In this document: in pieces, positions 23,886 to 35,112 of the stretch
Layout of the letters: each line of letters opens with the position of its first letter
Numbering within the stretch: the stretch's first letter is position 1
Source: Macrostomum lignano
Lineage: Eukaryota
Direction: 5' to 3'
DNA: 64,000 nucleotides
Assembly (NCBI GenBank): GCA_002269645.1
Contig: NIVC01001637.1
Span: 1 to 64,000 of the forward strand
Notes under the pieces: generated by a model
What the model saw: the letters and a program-made list of their open reading frames with translations, nothing else
The model's database searches: none
Told to the model about the DNA's origin: nothing
Program-made: the position numbers and the translations under genes

Positions 23886-26800
23886 TCAAAGCGCCGAACT
23901 GAGCCCCTGGCGTTTAGCAAACAGGTGATGCGCCACCATCCACTGGTTGCCATTCTCGTAGCCAAACACCTCCGAGCAGAAGATGAAGAACTTGCGCCAG
24001 TTGGCAATTTGTTCGTCAGCCTCCTGAGCAGCGAAGCTCGGGCCCATCAGAGCGCGTCTGGCGGCATCTCTGCAGAAATGCGCGAATTTGATATGAAAGC
24101 TGCTGGTATCACCGCATTCAGCGAAGTCTTTTACAAATTACGTGACCGATTAGCATCAATCGAGGATCGAGAAATTTAAAACACTTGACCCGCTTTTAGT
24201 TGGCCATTGGTCATTTGTCTAATACAAGCCAAATATGGAATGTATTACAGGGGTCGGCAAACTCTGGCCACATGCGGCCTGCGAAGCCTCTCTTTCGGCC
24301 CTCGGGTCCTTTGAAACTTCTCTTCTCTCTCATCGCCTTCCCTCCTCTTCTCTCTTCTCGTCTCTCTTCTCTCCTCCTTCTCTCCCCTCTCCTCTCCTCC
24401 TTCTCTCGTTTCCTCTCTTTCTTCTCTCCTCTCTTCTCTCTCCTCTCTCCTCTCTTCTCTCGTCTCTCTTCTCTCTTCTCTCTTCTCTCTCCTCTCATCC
24501 TTCTCTCCTCTCCACTCTCTCCTCTCCTCTCTTCTCTCCTTTCTTCTTTTCTCCCTCCTCTACTCTCCTATCCCTTCTCTCTCCTCTCCACTATTTTCCC
24601 TCTTCTTTCTCTTCTCCTCTCTCCTCGCTTATCTGGCCAGCAGCCACGAGCTATACGAGTATTCTAAATCTAACCCCTGAGGTAAGAAAGCTTGCCGACC
24701 TCAGTTCAGTACTATAAAGAATGCACCCACCTTGGCAAAGCGTCAAGCTTTCGCAGCCAGGCCTCCAGAGTCCGACTATAGTGCTTGCCGTTGATGAGCC
24801 ACAGGTCCTCCAGCCGGAGATGCTGCTGCATGTGCAGAAACAGATCAGCGGAGAACATGGATCCACCAGTAAAGAAATTTCTAGCCATCCATTCCGTGTC
24901 GGAGTTGCGGCGAGTGTCAAAGTTGTAAGCGAATTGGCGATGGCACAGGATCTGGGAGAACAGCTTGCCCCCTGTATATGGCATGGAGAATTAAAGATAG
25001 ATCAGTGTCCAGCCATTGTGATTAGTTATGATTCAGGTTTTGTTATATAGAAGATTAGTGTACTAGGTGCTGGGTGGCAATCCGGACCAACTCCGAGGCA
25101 CATGCGCCCGACGATGTTAAAAAGTCAGGGTCGTTGTTCATGCGGAATGGGCATGACTGCTTGCCTGAATCGACTATATCGTCAAAATTTGCAATAGTGT
25201 ACAAAATTAACTAAGTTTTTACTGGTGCGCATCTGAAGACTGCGTACGGCTGTTCAGTCCAAGGACTGGTGGGATTGCCACACCCACACCCTCAATTAAC
25301 CCAGCTAATACTGGCACCCATTTTACAGCTGGGTGAACTGAAGCAATGCAGAGTTTAAGTGTCTTGCTCAAGGGTACAAATTGTTTCGAGTGGGTCGAGA
25401 ATCGAACCCCCGACCTTCCAGTTGTGAGTCCGAGGCTCTAACCACTAGGCTACAACCTAATGGTAATTCCAGCAATTTATGATTCTTACCAGGTCGCAGC
25501 CAGTCGTTGACTCGAGCAAACAGGGCTCCAACGTTTTTCATGTGCTCCAGCATTTCGATTGATACAACGCGATCGAATCGGTTGGGACCAGGTTGGAAAT
25601 CCGAAATGTCGGTTGTGCAGACTGAGAGACGCTGCGAGCCGCCTGGAATTTGCCTGTTGATTTTGGATGCAAAAATTAATAATTAACACATTAATGTGTC
25701 ATGAATGAAGTGACTGAAAATGCCAATGGTTCGATCAAAGATGGAATAAACCCATGAGATGGTAAGTCGATTATATTTACTGATTGAATATATGGACGAG
25801 ATGTCAGTGAACCGACGAAGTAATGAATGAACTTAGGTGGTGTCAGTGAATCACCGATGAAATGAACTCAGGAGATGTCAGTGAATCACCGATGGAATGA
25901 ACTCAGGAGATGTCAGTGAATCACCGATGGAATGAACTTAAGGTGATGTCAGTGAATCACCGATGGAATGAACTTAGGTGATGTCAGTGAATCACCGATG
26001 GAATGAACTTAGGTGATGTCAGTGAATCACTGATGGAATGAACTTAAGGTGATGTCAGTGAATCACCGATGGAATGAACTTAGGTGATGTCAGTGAATCA
26101 CCGATGGAATGAACTTAGGTGATGTCAGTGAATCACCGATGGAATGAACTTAGGTGATGTCAGTGAATCACTGATGGAATGAACTCAGGAGATGTCAGTG
26201 AATCACCGATGAAATGAACTCAGGTGGTGTCAGTGAATCACCGATGGAATGAACTCAGGAGATGTCAGTGAATCACCGATGGAATGAACTCAGGTGGTGT
26301 CAGTGAATCACCGATGGAATGAACTTATGTGATGTCAGTGAATCACCGATGGAAATGAACTCAGGTGATGGCAGTGGATCACCAATGGAATGAACTTAGG
26401 TGATGTCAGTGAATCACCGATGGAATGAACTTAGGTGATGTCAGTGAATCACCGATGGAATGAACTTAGGTGATGTCAGTGAATCACTGATGAAATGAAC
26501 TCAGGAGATGTCAGTGAATCACTGATGGAATGAACTCAGGAGATGTCAGTGAATCACTGATGGAATGAACTCAGGAGATGTCAGTGAATCACTGATGGAA
26601 TGAACTCAGGAGATGTCAGTGAATCACTGATGGAATGAACTCAGGAGATGTCAGTGAATCACTGATGGAATGAACTCAGGAGATGTCAGTGAGTCACCGA
26701 TGGAATGAACTCAGGAGATGTCAGTGAATCACCGATGGAACGAACTCAAGTGAAGTGATGTTAGTGAATCACTGATGGAATGAACTCAGGTGGTGTCAGT

Positions 26801-28264
26801 GAATCACCGATGGAAATGAACTCAGGTGGTGTCAGTGAATCACCGATGGAAATGAACTCAGGTGATGGCAGTGGATTAGTGATGAAATGACACGAAGTTA
26901 AAAAGCTACGAGTGAACTACTTCACCAGTCTTTAAAGTCTTGAAGACTAAAAAAGCTGACTAATGATCATGCTGGAGGAGAAACACTGAGAGCAATATAA
27001 ATTACCTGGCCCGCTCTTCAATGTGCAGCCGTTGTGTGGCAGAGTTGGACACGGCCGTCACCTGACAGTTGGGAAATCGCTCCAGCAGAAACAGGCTCAG
27101 TGAACCCCAGCCGCAACCCATGTCAAGCACCTGCATGCCATCAACAATGCCAGCACGTTGACAGATGGTATCCAAGCTGCGAAGTTCTGCCTCAGCAAGA
27201 TCGTCAGCGGCATCTCCAGCTCCAGCAGTCTCTATGCCACTGTGCAGATTGCATGAGTACTTCATTCGAGGCCCAAGTACGAGGCGGAAGAATTCAGTTG
27301 GCACTTCGTAGTGCTGCTCCAATGATTCTGGGCCAGCCAGACAGATGGGAGCAGCAGCGAGCTTAGCTAGAAATTTCTTTTTGTGCTCCAGCTGCTGGAC
27401 AGCATCTCCTGAGCAGCTCAGCTTCTCCAGCCATAGGGCCATGCCACTACGAATGCCTTAAAAATTTTAATATTAGGAAGAAGATAAACATTAATTTTGA
27501 AAAAAAAACTGAAGTTGGTCATTATTATTATACTTTTATATGACTCAAAGGTAAAAAATGGCTGTAGATGCATCATGTAAAAACTGGATATAAGTAAAAA
27601 TAAATAATAAATATGATAAATAATGATAAATAAATCTTTTAAATGAATAGAATCAAAGCTATAGAAAGGACTGAAGCCAAAGGTCCTATCCAAATGCATA
27701 CTTATACAACAAAAATAATACAACATAAGCAATAAAACAGATGGAAAATCTAAAAAGAAGAAAAAAATCATTTTGTCTATCAATTTACTTAAAATAAACA
27801 CATTGCATATCAGTGCACAATCTACTGCATAAATACTTTACTTTCAATGATTTCGAATACTCCAACAATTGGTCTAACTTTACAATAGGTTAGAGCGCTC
27901 GAGAGCAGGGACGTAGCCAAGGGGGGACACTGGGGACATGTCTCCCCCGCGAGGGAGGGGATTTTTTTACTGCCTTTGAAGTTTGTTGCTTTGTATTTTG
28001 CTTCCATCAAAGATGGATTTATGGCTCTGCCCCCCCCCCCTGCAGACATGAATTCTGGCGACGCACCTGCTCGAGAGGTTCAAAAGATTATTCATTTAGA
28101 ATTAAAAGAGTAAATATTAAAATTAGTAAATTAGGAACAACGATTTTAAAAGATCAACATTACATTTACATTAAGAAAGATTTTCTAAGATTTAATTACT
28201 CTTATATTGGTAAATTATTAAATTACTAAAATAAAATACCTTCTCTGATAGTAAAATCTTCCAT
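23886..28264 (-). CDS. SAM-dependent methyltransferase of the CMAS / cyclopropane-fatty-acyl-phospholipid synthase / coclaurine N-methyltransferase-like family, ~354 aa, 5 exons
   Basis: Exons 28264-28240, 27456-27006, 25653-25490, 24971-24731, 24069-23886, all GT-AG with consistent phases. Motifs: [102 protein letters not shown]. Exon 1 / start codon is the least certain part. Confidence 0.9.
24248..24700 (+). mobile_element. hAT/Charlie-like MITE with CT-rich interior, in the last intron of the methyltransferase gene
   Basis: Begins CAGGGGTCGGCAAACTCTGGCCACATGCGGCC. Its interior is the reverse complement of the GA-rich elements at 14027 and 17317 (shared GGTCCTTTRAAACTT and TTATCTGGCC). 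TSD not recovered. Confidence 0.7.
25231..25457 (-). mobile_element. tRNA-derived CORE-like SINE, copy 2 (intronic)
   Basis: Reverse complement of the 23178 element, with boxes TAGCCTAGTGG and GGTTCGATTC. Confidence 0.85.
25795..26890 (+). repeat. 35-bp minisatellite (~30 units) in intron 2 of the methyltransferase gene
   Basis: Unit GATGTCAGTGAATCACCGATGGAATGAACTCAGGA with point variants and no spacers. Confidence 0.95.
27906..28069. mobile_element. 164-bp hAT-type MITE with perfect 8-bp TSD
   Basis: TIRs CAGGGACGTAGCCA / TGGCGACGCACCTG; TSD CTCGAGAG at 27898-27905 and 28070-28077. Confidence 0.88.
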
Positions 28265-28741
28265 GTCTTCGGTTGAATAATTGACAGGTTGCTTTGAGCT
28301 TACATATAGATTTTGGAGAACTGAAGCATGCAAAATTTAGAAAATTGCTTCGTCACCTGACAGCGCTTTTCTTGTAATATTTCTTTTTTAAAAAAAGATT
28401 CGAGCAAAGTACTAAACAAATATTCTACTTTCTAAAGGGTTTTATGTGAAAAAGTCTTTAAACACTATAGTATGAAAATATAAAACAAGAAATAGGCAAC
28501 ATAATTTAAAAGCGAAGGGTTCGGTTTATTCGCATTGCGAAAATATTCATTTTTCTTTAGCGCGATTCCAAGATAGTGTACGTGTCCAAGATTTTCGTGT
28601 ATATTGCTAACGCTGTTTCTTGTCAAATTGCAATACGTCTTTTTCCAGTCTAATAGCACTACTTTACGCATTTCTCCCTAAGGCAATTTTTGATTGATTT
28701 CATCTGATTTGCCTGGTTGGCAACAGTGGGTTCGGCTGACC
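28265..28741. promoter_or_regulatory. Probable shared bidirectional promoter region
   Basis: 477 bp separate the divergent start codons of the methyltransferase (28264, -) and DNAJC25 (28742, +). Inferred from geometry only. Confidence 0.5.
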
Positions 28742-31700
28742 ATGAATGCATACAGTTTATTTGTTTCTGTTGGACTGATTTTTGCCCTCGTCTGCTGCTT
28801 TCAAGTTGATGCGCAGATTGAAGGAATTTACTGTGGAAAGGAAAACTGTTACGATGGTACGTCTATTTTATTTGACCTGATACTTAGATAGGCCTATGGC
28901 AACAAATTTCAGCCAAGTGAAGACAGCCTAAAAATATACAACTAGCAAAAAATTAAAACCTATTTTATAGCAGTTTTAGAACAATCTTACATTTGTTTTT
29001 TTCTGTTCTAGTACTAATGGTTTTAGTATTTATTTAAATCAAGCCTTTTGTCTATTGGCTCTTGGCTGTTAGGAAATTTCTATTCATTTTAGCTATAGAC
29101 TAAAGTTGGTTAGGGAATGAGTTTTTATAGGAGTGCAGTAGTGTTAATTCAGCAGTGTTAATTAAGTGTTAATTGTCATCACAATCAATGACCCTCTGCC
29201 AATGAGAAGGCAGACTTTGAATGCCATCTCTGTCAACTATAGAAGTCCTTGATGCAAAAAAGTTAGATATGCAATCCTTGACTTATCTTCAAATATTTTT
29301 CCTTCAAATGATGATGCAGCGCTTGAAATCAATAGTAGTCTATAGCAGCCAAATTGGGGCTAGGCCTATACAGTAAGGTTCCTAGCCTAGGTCTAGCAGC
29401 TTTTGCCAGGTCAAATTCATAATAACCATTGGCTATAATTGGGCCATTGGATATAGTTTGGAAAGCAACATGTACACTAGGATTTCCTAGCATACAATAA
29501 GGGTATTTACCATTTTTTTGCATATATCAAGGTATATCCTAGCATATATGACATAGTAGAAACATTGTGTCACTGATAATTTGAGCTGTCAGCTTTTGTG
29601 TAATCTGGTATAGACTATAGTCTGGATCATGCTAGGTGTATGCCCAAACAAAAATTGAATAATTACAAATGCATATCAAAAAATGTAGTGCATGCCCATT
29701 CTTAAAAATATCCCGGTGTTGCGACAATAAATAACCTTTTTTATATTGTGACAATAAAAGACCTTTCTTAAATTACATAATGGACCCTATATACTAGATA
29801 ATTTAGTTACTTTGTATGCTTTTTCAGTGATACTATTTATTTACATTGATATATAAAAAAATTGTTTAAATGCTTTTTAATAAGCTTAAAAACCAGAAAG
29901 CTTGAAAATTGTGCTTAAAAATGAACTTTTTTCATCTTTTTTCTACTTCACAATAACCCTTACATGTGATTCTATAAAGTGCATGCCAGGTGTGCATGAT
30001 CCAGAATATAGGATATAGATTGGTCTCCACAAATGTTTACAACAGCTCAGTTTTTATCTCAGATGGGCATCTAGGTTAAGGTTTGTCAACAAGGCTATAG
30101 TTGCTACTGCAAAAGCAATTAAACTAATAGACTATGCAGCCAAAGATAGCAACCTGCCCAAATGTAGTGCATAGGCATCCAGTCAATTTGGCTATTATAA
30201 TTCTTGCTAGAAAGCCATATAGCATATACTGCCTTAGGGTGATACCATAGTCTAGATCATGCTGAGTGCATACTAGAATGCTGTGAATCAATGCATGCTG
30301 ATGCCAAGTAAATGCACACTGATGCTAGGTAAATGAACATTGATGCCAAGTAAATGCATATGCATACCAATGCCAAGTAAATGCATGCTGATGCCAAGTA
30401 AATGTACACTGATGCCAAGTAAATGAACATTGATGCCAAGTAAATGCATATGCATACCAATGCCAAGTAAATGCATGCTGATGCCAAGTAAACCAAGTAA
30501 ATGCACATTGACGCCATTTGCAGTTGCGACAATAAAGGACCTTTCTTGCAGTTTTCTTTTTACTACATGGCTTTCAATTATATAGTAGTTACGCAGTAGT
30601 CACTTTCAATTTCAAACTAATGATACAACCTACATGTACATGGTCCTACTAACAAACTGTTGATTTCTTTCCAATTATTTACATTTATCCTACTTAATAC
30701 CTTCTAAAAAACCACTCTAATTTAGCCTTTACTTGTTAAAGCTTTTGTAGCTAATAACTTTGAATGTCTATCAATCATATGCCTTATACTGATGTGCCAT
30801 AATGCACATTGCATGCCATTTATGCACATTGATGTTTAAAATGCACACTGATTATACATGTGCAACAGTTGGCCGATCCGGCCGACCAATTTGGCGGCCA
30901 ACCGATGAAGTTGCAAAAATGCCCATCTAAAAAGTACCAAAATAGTAGTAATAAGTAGCTGACGAGGCATTTTGACTTAATAAGACAGTCAGTTACTCCT
31001 ACCATTTACCCAAAGTTGCGTTAATTTTGTGTTAGGGTTTTTTACATATGTACTGCAAGTCACATTTTTGGCCAAAAACTATGTTGCATTTTTGTTAAAA
31101 CTAAGTTGCATGGCCGACCAAATTTTAGAGGTTGCGCATGTATGACACTGACATTCTCAAATGCACTCTAGAAAATTCTGGCATGCACTACATCTTCTAG
31201 AGATAAGGGATAATACTATTTAGTTCAACATTTCTAGCCATAATTACATACTGAAAATCAAATAACTTGGTTAGAATATATATAACTTTGGCTATATATG
31301 TATACACAAGGGTTGCATCCAACATAGCTACATGATCCTTTGAATAGAAAATTAAAAAATGGATAGAACTTTCCTAACAACCTAATATATATGACCTAAC
31401 TCTATGTATCTAGTTTTATGGCAATTTCTTAGTTTTTAAGTCCTTTAAGTCTAAATTATTCCATTGTATATTTCAATAATAGTACAAAATCTAATATTGC
31501 TAAATTATTTAAGTGCAAAAATGTTAGGATGCCATTACATAGATTATTGTAGGGTTACACTAAATCTGTCAACAAGCCTAAAGGCAATGAAGAGAAATCA
31601 AATTTGTCAACAATTAAAACAAGTTGAGCAAATTTGTCAATAATAAGACAGGCTTATCTCTAAAGTTGTTCATTTATGCAATAATGTAAAATTTCTTTAT

Positions 31701-34700
31701 AACTTAATGAGAAAAATTTTGTCAAGGATTTCAACATGACTATGTAAATGTATATGCTAAATGCTATTGTGTGTATAGAAGACATACATTAATGTATTGG
31801 GCAATCAATGCTATATGCATGTACATAATACCATATTGTACATACTCATAGTTTATTTAGATTACTAGTTACAAAGTGCATATATCAAGGGTATAATGGT
31901 TTATGTGCTACATATGTTTTATATCACCTAATATAAACCATTAACCTTCATTATTTATGTCTTCATTAGCAATGTATAATATAGTAAACTATTTTTTTAA
32001 TAGAGTTGTTGAATTAGATGTTGACAAATTAAGTGGCACTATTCTTGTAGATATGAATCAAACAGCTTGTTTATTATACTTATACTATACATAATATAGA
32101 ACTTGGTCTTGCAGTTGGCCTATATCATATATGCCCTTAACCAGGTTAATACATTTATAGTTATTAAGATCATTTTGGTCTTAAATATAGTGAATTATTT
32201 ACTTTAATGTGATATTGTTATTGCTATATAGTTGACATGATATCAAATAGTTGCATAACTCAATTGTTGCCCTTAAATGTTGTAGGTCAATAAAATATGG
32301 TGCTTAAGCTAAGGTTTTCCTACCATGATAAGCAAAAAATAATATAGAGTAAATTGCTTTTGAATTAAAATTAGGCACTAAGGCCAAGTGGTATATAGAT
32401 TTTATGTTAAGAAGACTTCATGGGGATTAATTGGCAAACTATTTATGTCAATCAGTATACAATCAAATAAAATTTTTAAATGTAATTGAAAAATAAATAT
32501 ATTCTTTTTGTATGTAGCCAACAACTGTAGACTCTAAACTGATACTCTGTACTCTAATTAGGCACCCTGTACTCCAATTAGGCCTTCTGCACCCCAATTA
32601 GATACTCTAGACTCTAATTAGGCACTCTAGACTCCAATTAGATATTCTGGACTCCAATTGAATACTTAAGACTCAAATTAGGCACTCTGTACTTCAATTA
32701 GGCACCCTGTACTGCAAATAGGCGCCCAATATTCAACTTAGATGCCCTACAATCTAGAAGTTGTCAATTCCAACACCTGAATATGCTTGCAAAATAAAAA
32801 AAAATTGTACAGTGCTCGGAGTGACCAGAGACGATGACAAGAAGACCATCATGAGCACTTACAGGAAGCTGGCTCGCAAGCTTCATCCTGACCGGCAGCG
32901 AACCGAAGAGGATCGCAAAAAATCTGAGGAAACTTTTCCTAGAATTGCTCAAGCCTACGAAATCCTCAGGGACGATGAGCAGCGCAAGGAGTACGACTAC
33001 ATGCTGGATAATCCGGAAGAGATGTACTACCATTTCTATCAGTACTACAAGAGAAAGTATTCGCCTAAAGTTGACGTTCGCGTTGTCATCGTGGTTATCG
33101 TTACTGCATTCTCCATCTTTCAATACTATAGCCAGTATACGAATTATCATGACGCGGTTAATACTCTCTCTAAGCAGCCCAGGTATCGAATGCAGGTGAG
33201 TAGAATAGATTTGAATGACTTCTCTAAATTGTATTGAAGGTTTGAAAGGTAGGTCTCTAGAAGTATGATGATCATAGAGATCGTCATATTCAGCGTCGCT
33301 GTATTTGCCACTTGGGGGTTGTCCAGGATGACAACGCGCCGCCACACCAAGCCGATGCTGTTAGTCAACTGAAAGAACAGCTACAGCTGGGCACTCTGCG
33401 CTGGACTTCCCAGTCCCCAGACATGAATCCCATCGAGCATGTCTGGGACTTCCTAAAACGCAGCATTCGAAAAGAGAATCCACCACAGAATGTTGCAGAG
33501 CTGCGTCATGGCATTGGATACGCGTGGCAGCAGCTTCCCCAGGAATTTCTCCAGGAAGTGCGGAGAGTCGCGACTGACGTTTATTATTGATTCAATGAAC
33601 TTTCCTTTCGTCGTGGCGGCTTAGTTGCTTAACTTGAAGGTTGAATTGTGAGTGAGAAGTTTTTCGCAATATGTGAGAAAATTTCATTTGGCTTGAAGGA
33701 TGGAACTTTTGACTGTTGTTGAGGATAGTTTTACATGCAGCAACAGACAGTAAAATACAAGCGTAGTATTAGGTATAAGACAGACTTTGGGGATGGTATT
33801 TTGGCAGAGTAGCTCACCTGTTCAAAACGTTACCGTGACAAGAATCGCTAAAAAGTTGTTGCGAACAACCCTCTAGCTACTCTTGTGACTTTTTAACGAC
33901 TCAAAGGCGTCTAATGCGACGGTAAGGTGACAGTTGAGATTCTGCAAGAGTTGCAAAAGAGAGTCTTCCAAAAATCGGCGGCGTTGGCGCTTAACTTTCG
34001 CTTGGAATGGAACTCAAATTCATCAAGGGACGCAGATGCGCTTTAAACACAACTCATTGATTCTAAAGCAACTCTAGCACGTCTTATGACATCTCGTCGG
34101 TTGAGAGTCGTCTGGACTCAATTCTAGACCCCTATTTTACCTGAGTTACCTGCAATGACTCTTAGGCGCCTCCTTACTGGCTGATCTTAACCATCGCCAA
34201 TTTAATTTCTCAGGCTAAAGAGATCGCCAAGAGCGAAGGCCTGCTGGACTCCGACGGTCCAGGTGGCAAGCGCAAACGCGAGAATGGTCGCAAGCTAACC
34301 AAAGAAGAGGTCAAAGAGAAAGAGGAGGAAGTGATACGCGGCATTATCATGCGCAAGATGGACATTCGCGGCTCGTACGAGAAGCCGTCAATTATGAATG
34401 TGCTGTGGTTTCAACTGCTGATGCTACCGATTCGAGTTCTGCAGTGGATCTACTGGGCGCTGAGATGGATTGTACTATTTGGCCTGCTCAAACGAGAGTA
34501 TGGTCCAGCCGAGAAGGAGTACTTGATTCGCCGGTACATGGGCTTGTCTGCGTTGGCCTGGGAGCACCTGCCGGAGCAGCGGCGCGAACAACTGCTAGCC
34601 AAGGAGCTCTGGATCAAGGCCAAATATGTTGTCTTTGCCGAGGAGGAGGCTGAGAAGATGCGACAGCAGATGGCGGAGGACACCAAACACAAGAAGATGA

Positions 34701-34774
34701 GGCGGTATTTGAGACGCGGCGGACCCGGGCAGATCACCTTTGGTCAGGAAGATGTTGATATGGACTTTAGTTAG
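28742..34774 (+). CDS. DNAJC25: DnaJ homolog subfamily C member 25, 3 exons
   Basis: Exons 28742-28856, 32813-33195, 34214-34774. Signal/TM N-terminus, then EGIYCGKENCYD|VLGV, J-domain with HPD (YRKLARKLHPDR...IAQAYEILRDDEQRKEYDYMLDNPEE), PKVDVRVVIV TM segment, ...GSYEKPSIMNVLWFQL..., C-terminal MRRYLRRGGPGQITF. Confidence 0.93.
30288..30510 (+). repeat. ~21-bp minisatellite with higher-order duplication, DNAJC25 intron 1
   Basis: Units TGATGCCAAGTAAATGCA(TGC/CAC). Confidence 0.85.
32535..32745 (+). repeat. Degenerate 20-bp minisatellite, DNAJC25 intron 1
   Basis: Units like ACTCTAGACTCTAATTAGGC. Confidence 0.8.
33300..33590 (+). mobile_element. Tc1/mariner transposase C-terminal fragment in DNAJC25 intron 2
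   Basis: VQDDNAPPH...LRWTSQSPDMNPIEHVWDFLKRSIR...NVAEL...AWQQLPQEFL (DDE_3 signature). No TIRs recognised. Confidence 0.9.
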
Positions 34775-34867
34775 ATTGATTGCTTAGTCTTGTAGGTTGT
34801 CATGATGACTGTTAGTTAAATGTCCTTTGTTGGTCCAACTTTTAATAGTGGCTAATATAAAATTAAA

Positions 34868-35112
34868 GTGAATTGTGGCGCCAATTTAGAATGAATTGTT
34901 GCGCTAATTAACAAATTATGGCGCTAATTTAGAATGAATTGTGGCGCCAATTTAGAATGAATTGTAGCGCCAATTTAGAATGAATTGTGGCGCCAATTTA
35001 GAATGAATTGTAGCGCCTAGTTAAAAGGAGTTGTGACGCCAATTTATAATAAATTGTAGCGCTTATTTTGAATCAATTGTGGCGCTTATTTATAATGAAT
35101 TGTAGCGCTTAT
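34868..35112 (+). repeat. 23-bp minisatellite just 3' of the DNAJC25 stop
   Basis: Unit TTTAGAATGAATTGTGGCGCCAA, ~10 copies; AATAAA at ~35153 downstream. Confidence 0.85.

Noticed and set aside
25795-26890. 35-bp repeats here, and 23-36-bp arrays elsewhere, as possible CRISPR arrays
   Set aside because: Units are head-to-tail with no unique spacers, lie inside spliceosomal introns, and there are no cas genes.
23886-28264. Bacterial contamination or an operon, suggested by the cfa-like gene
   Set aside because: The gene is split by four GT-AG introns containing eukaryotic SINE, MITE and minisatellite sequence, and is contiguous with animal housekeeping genes.
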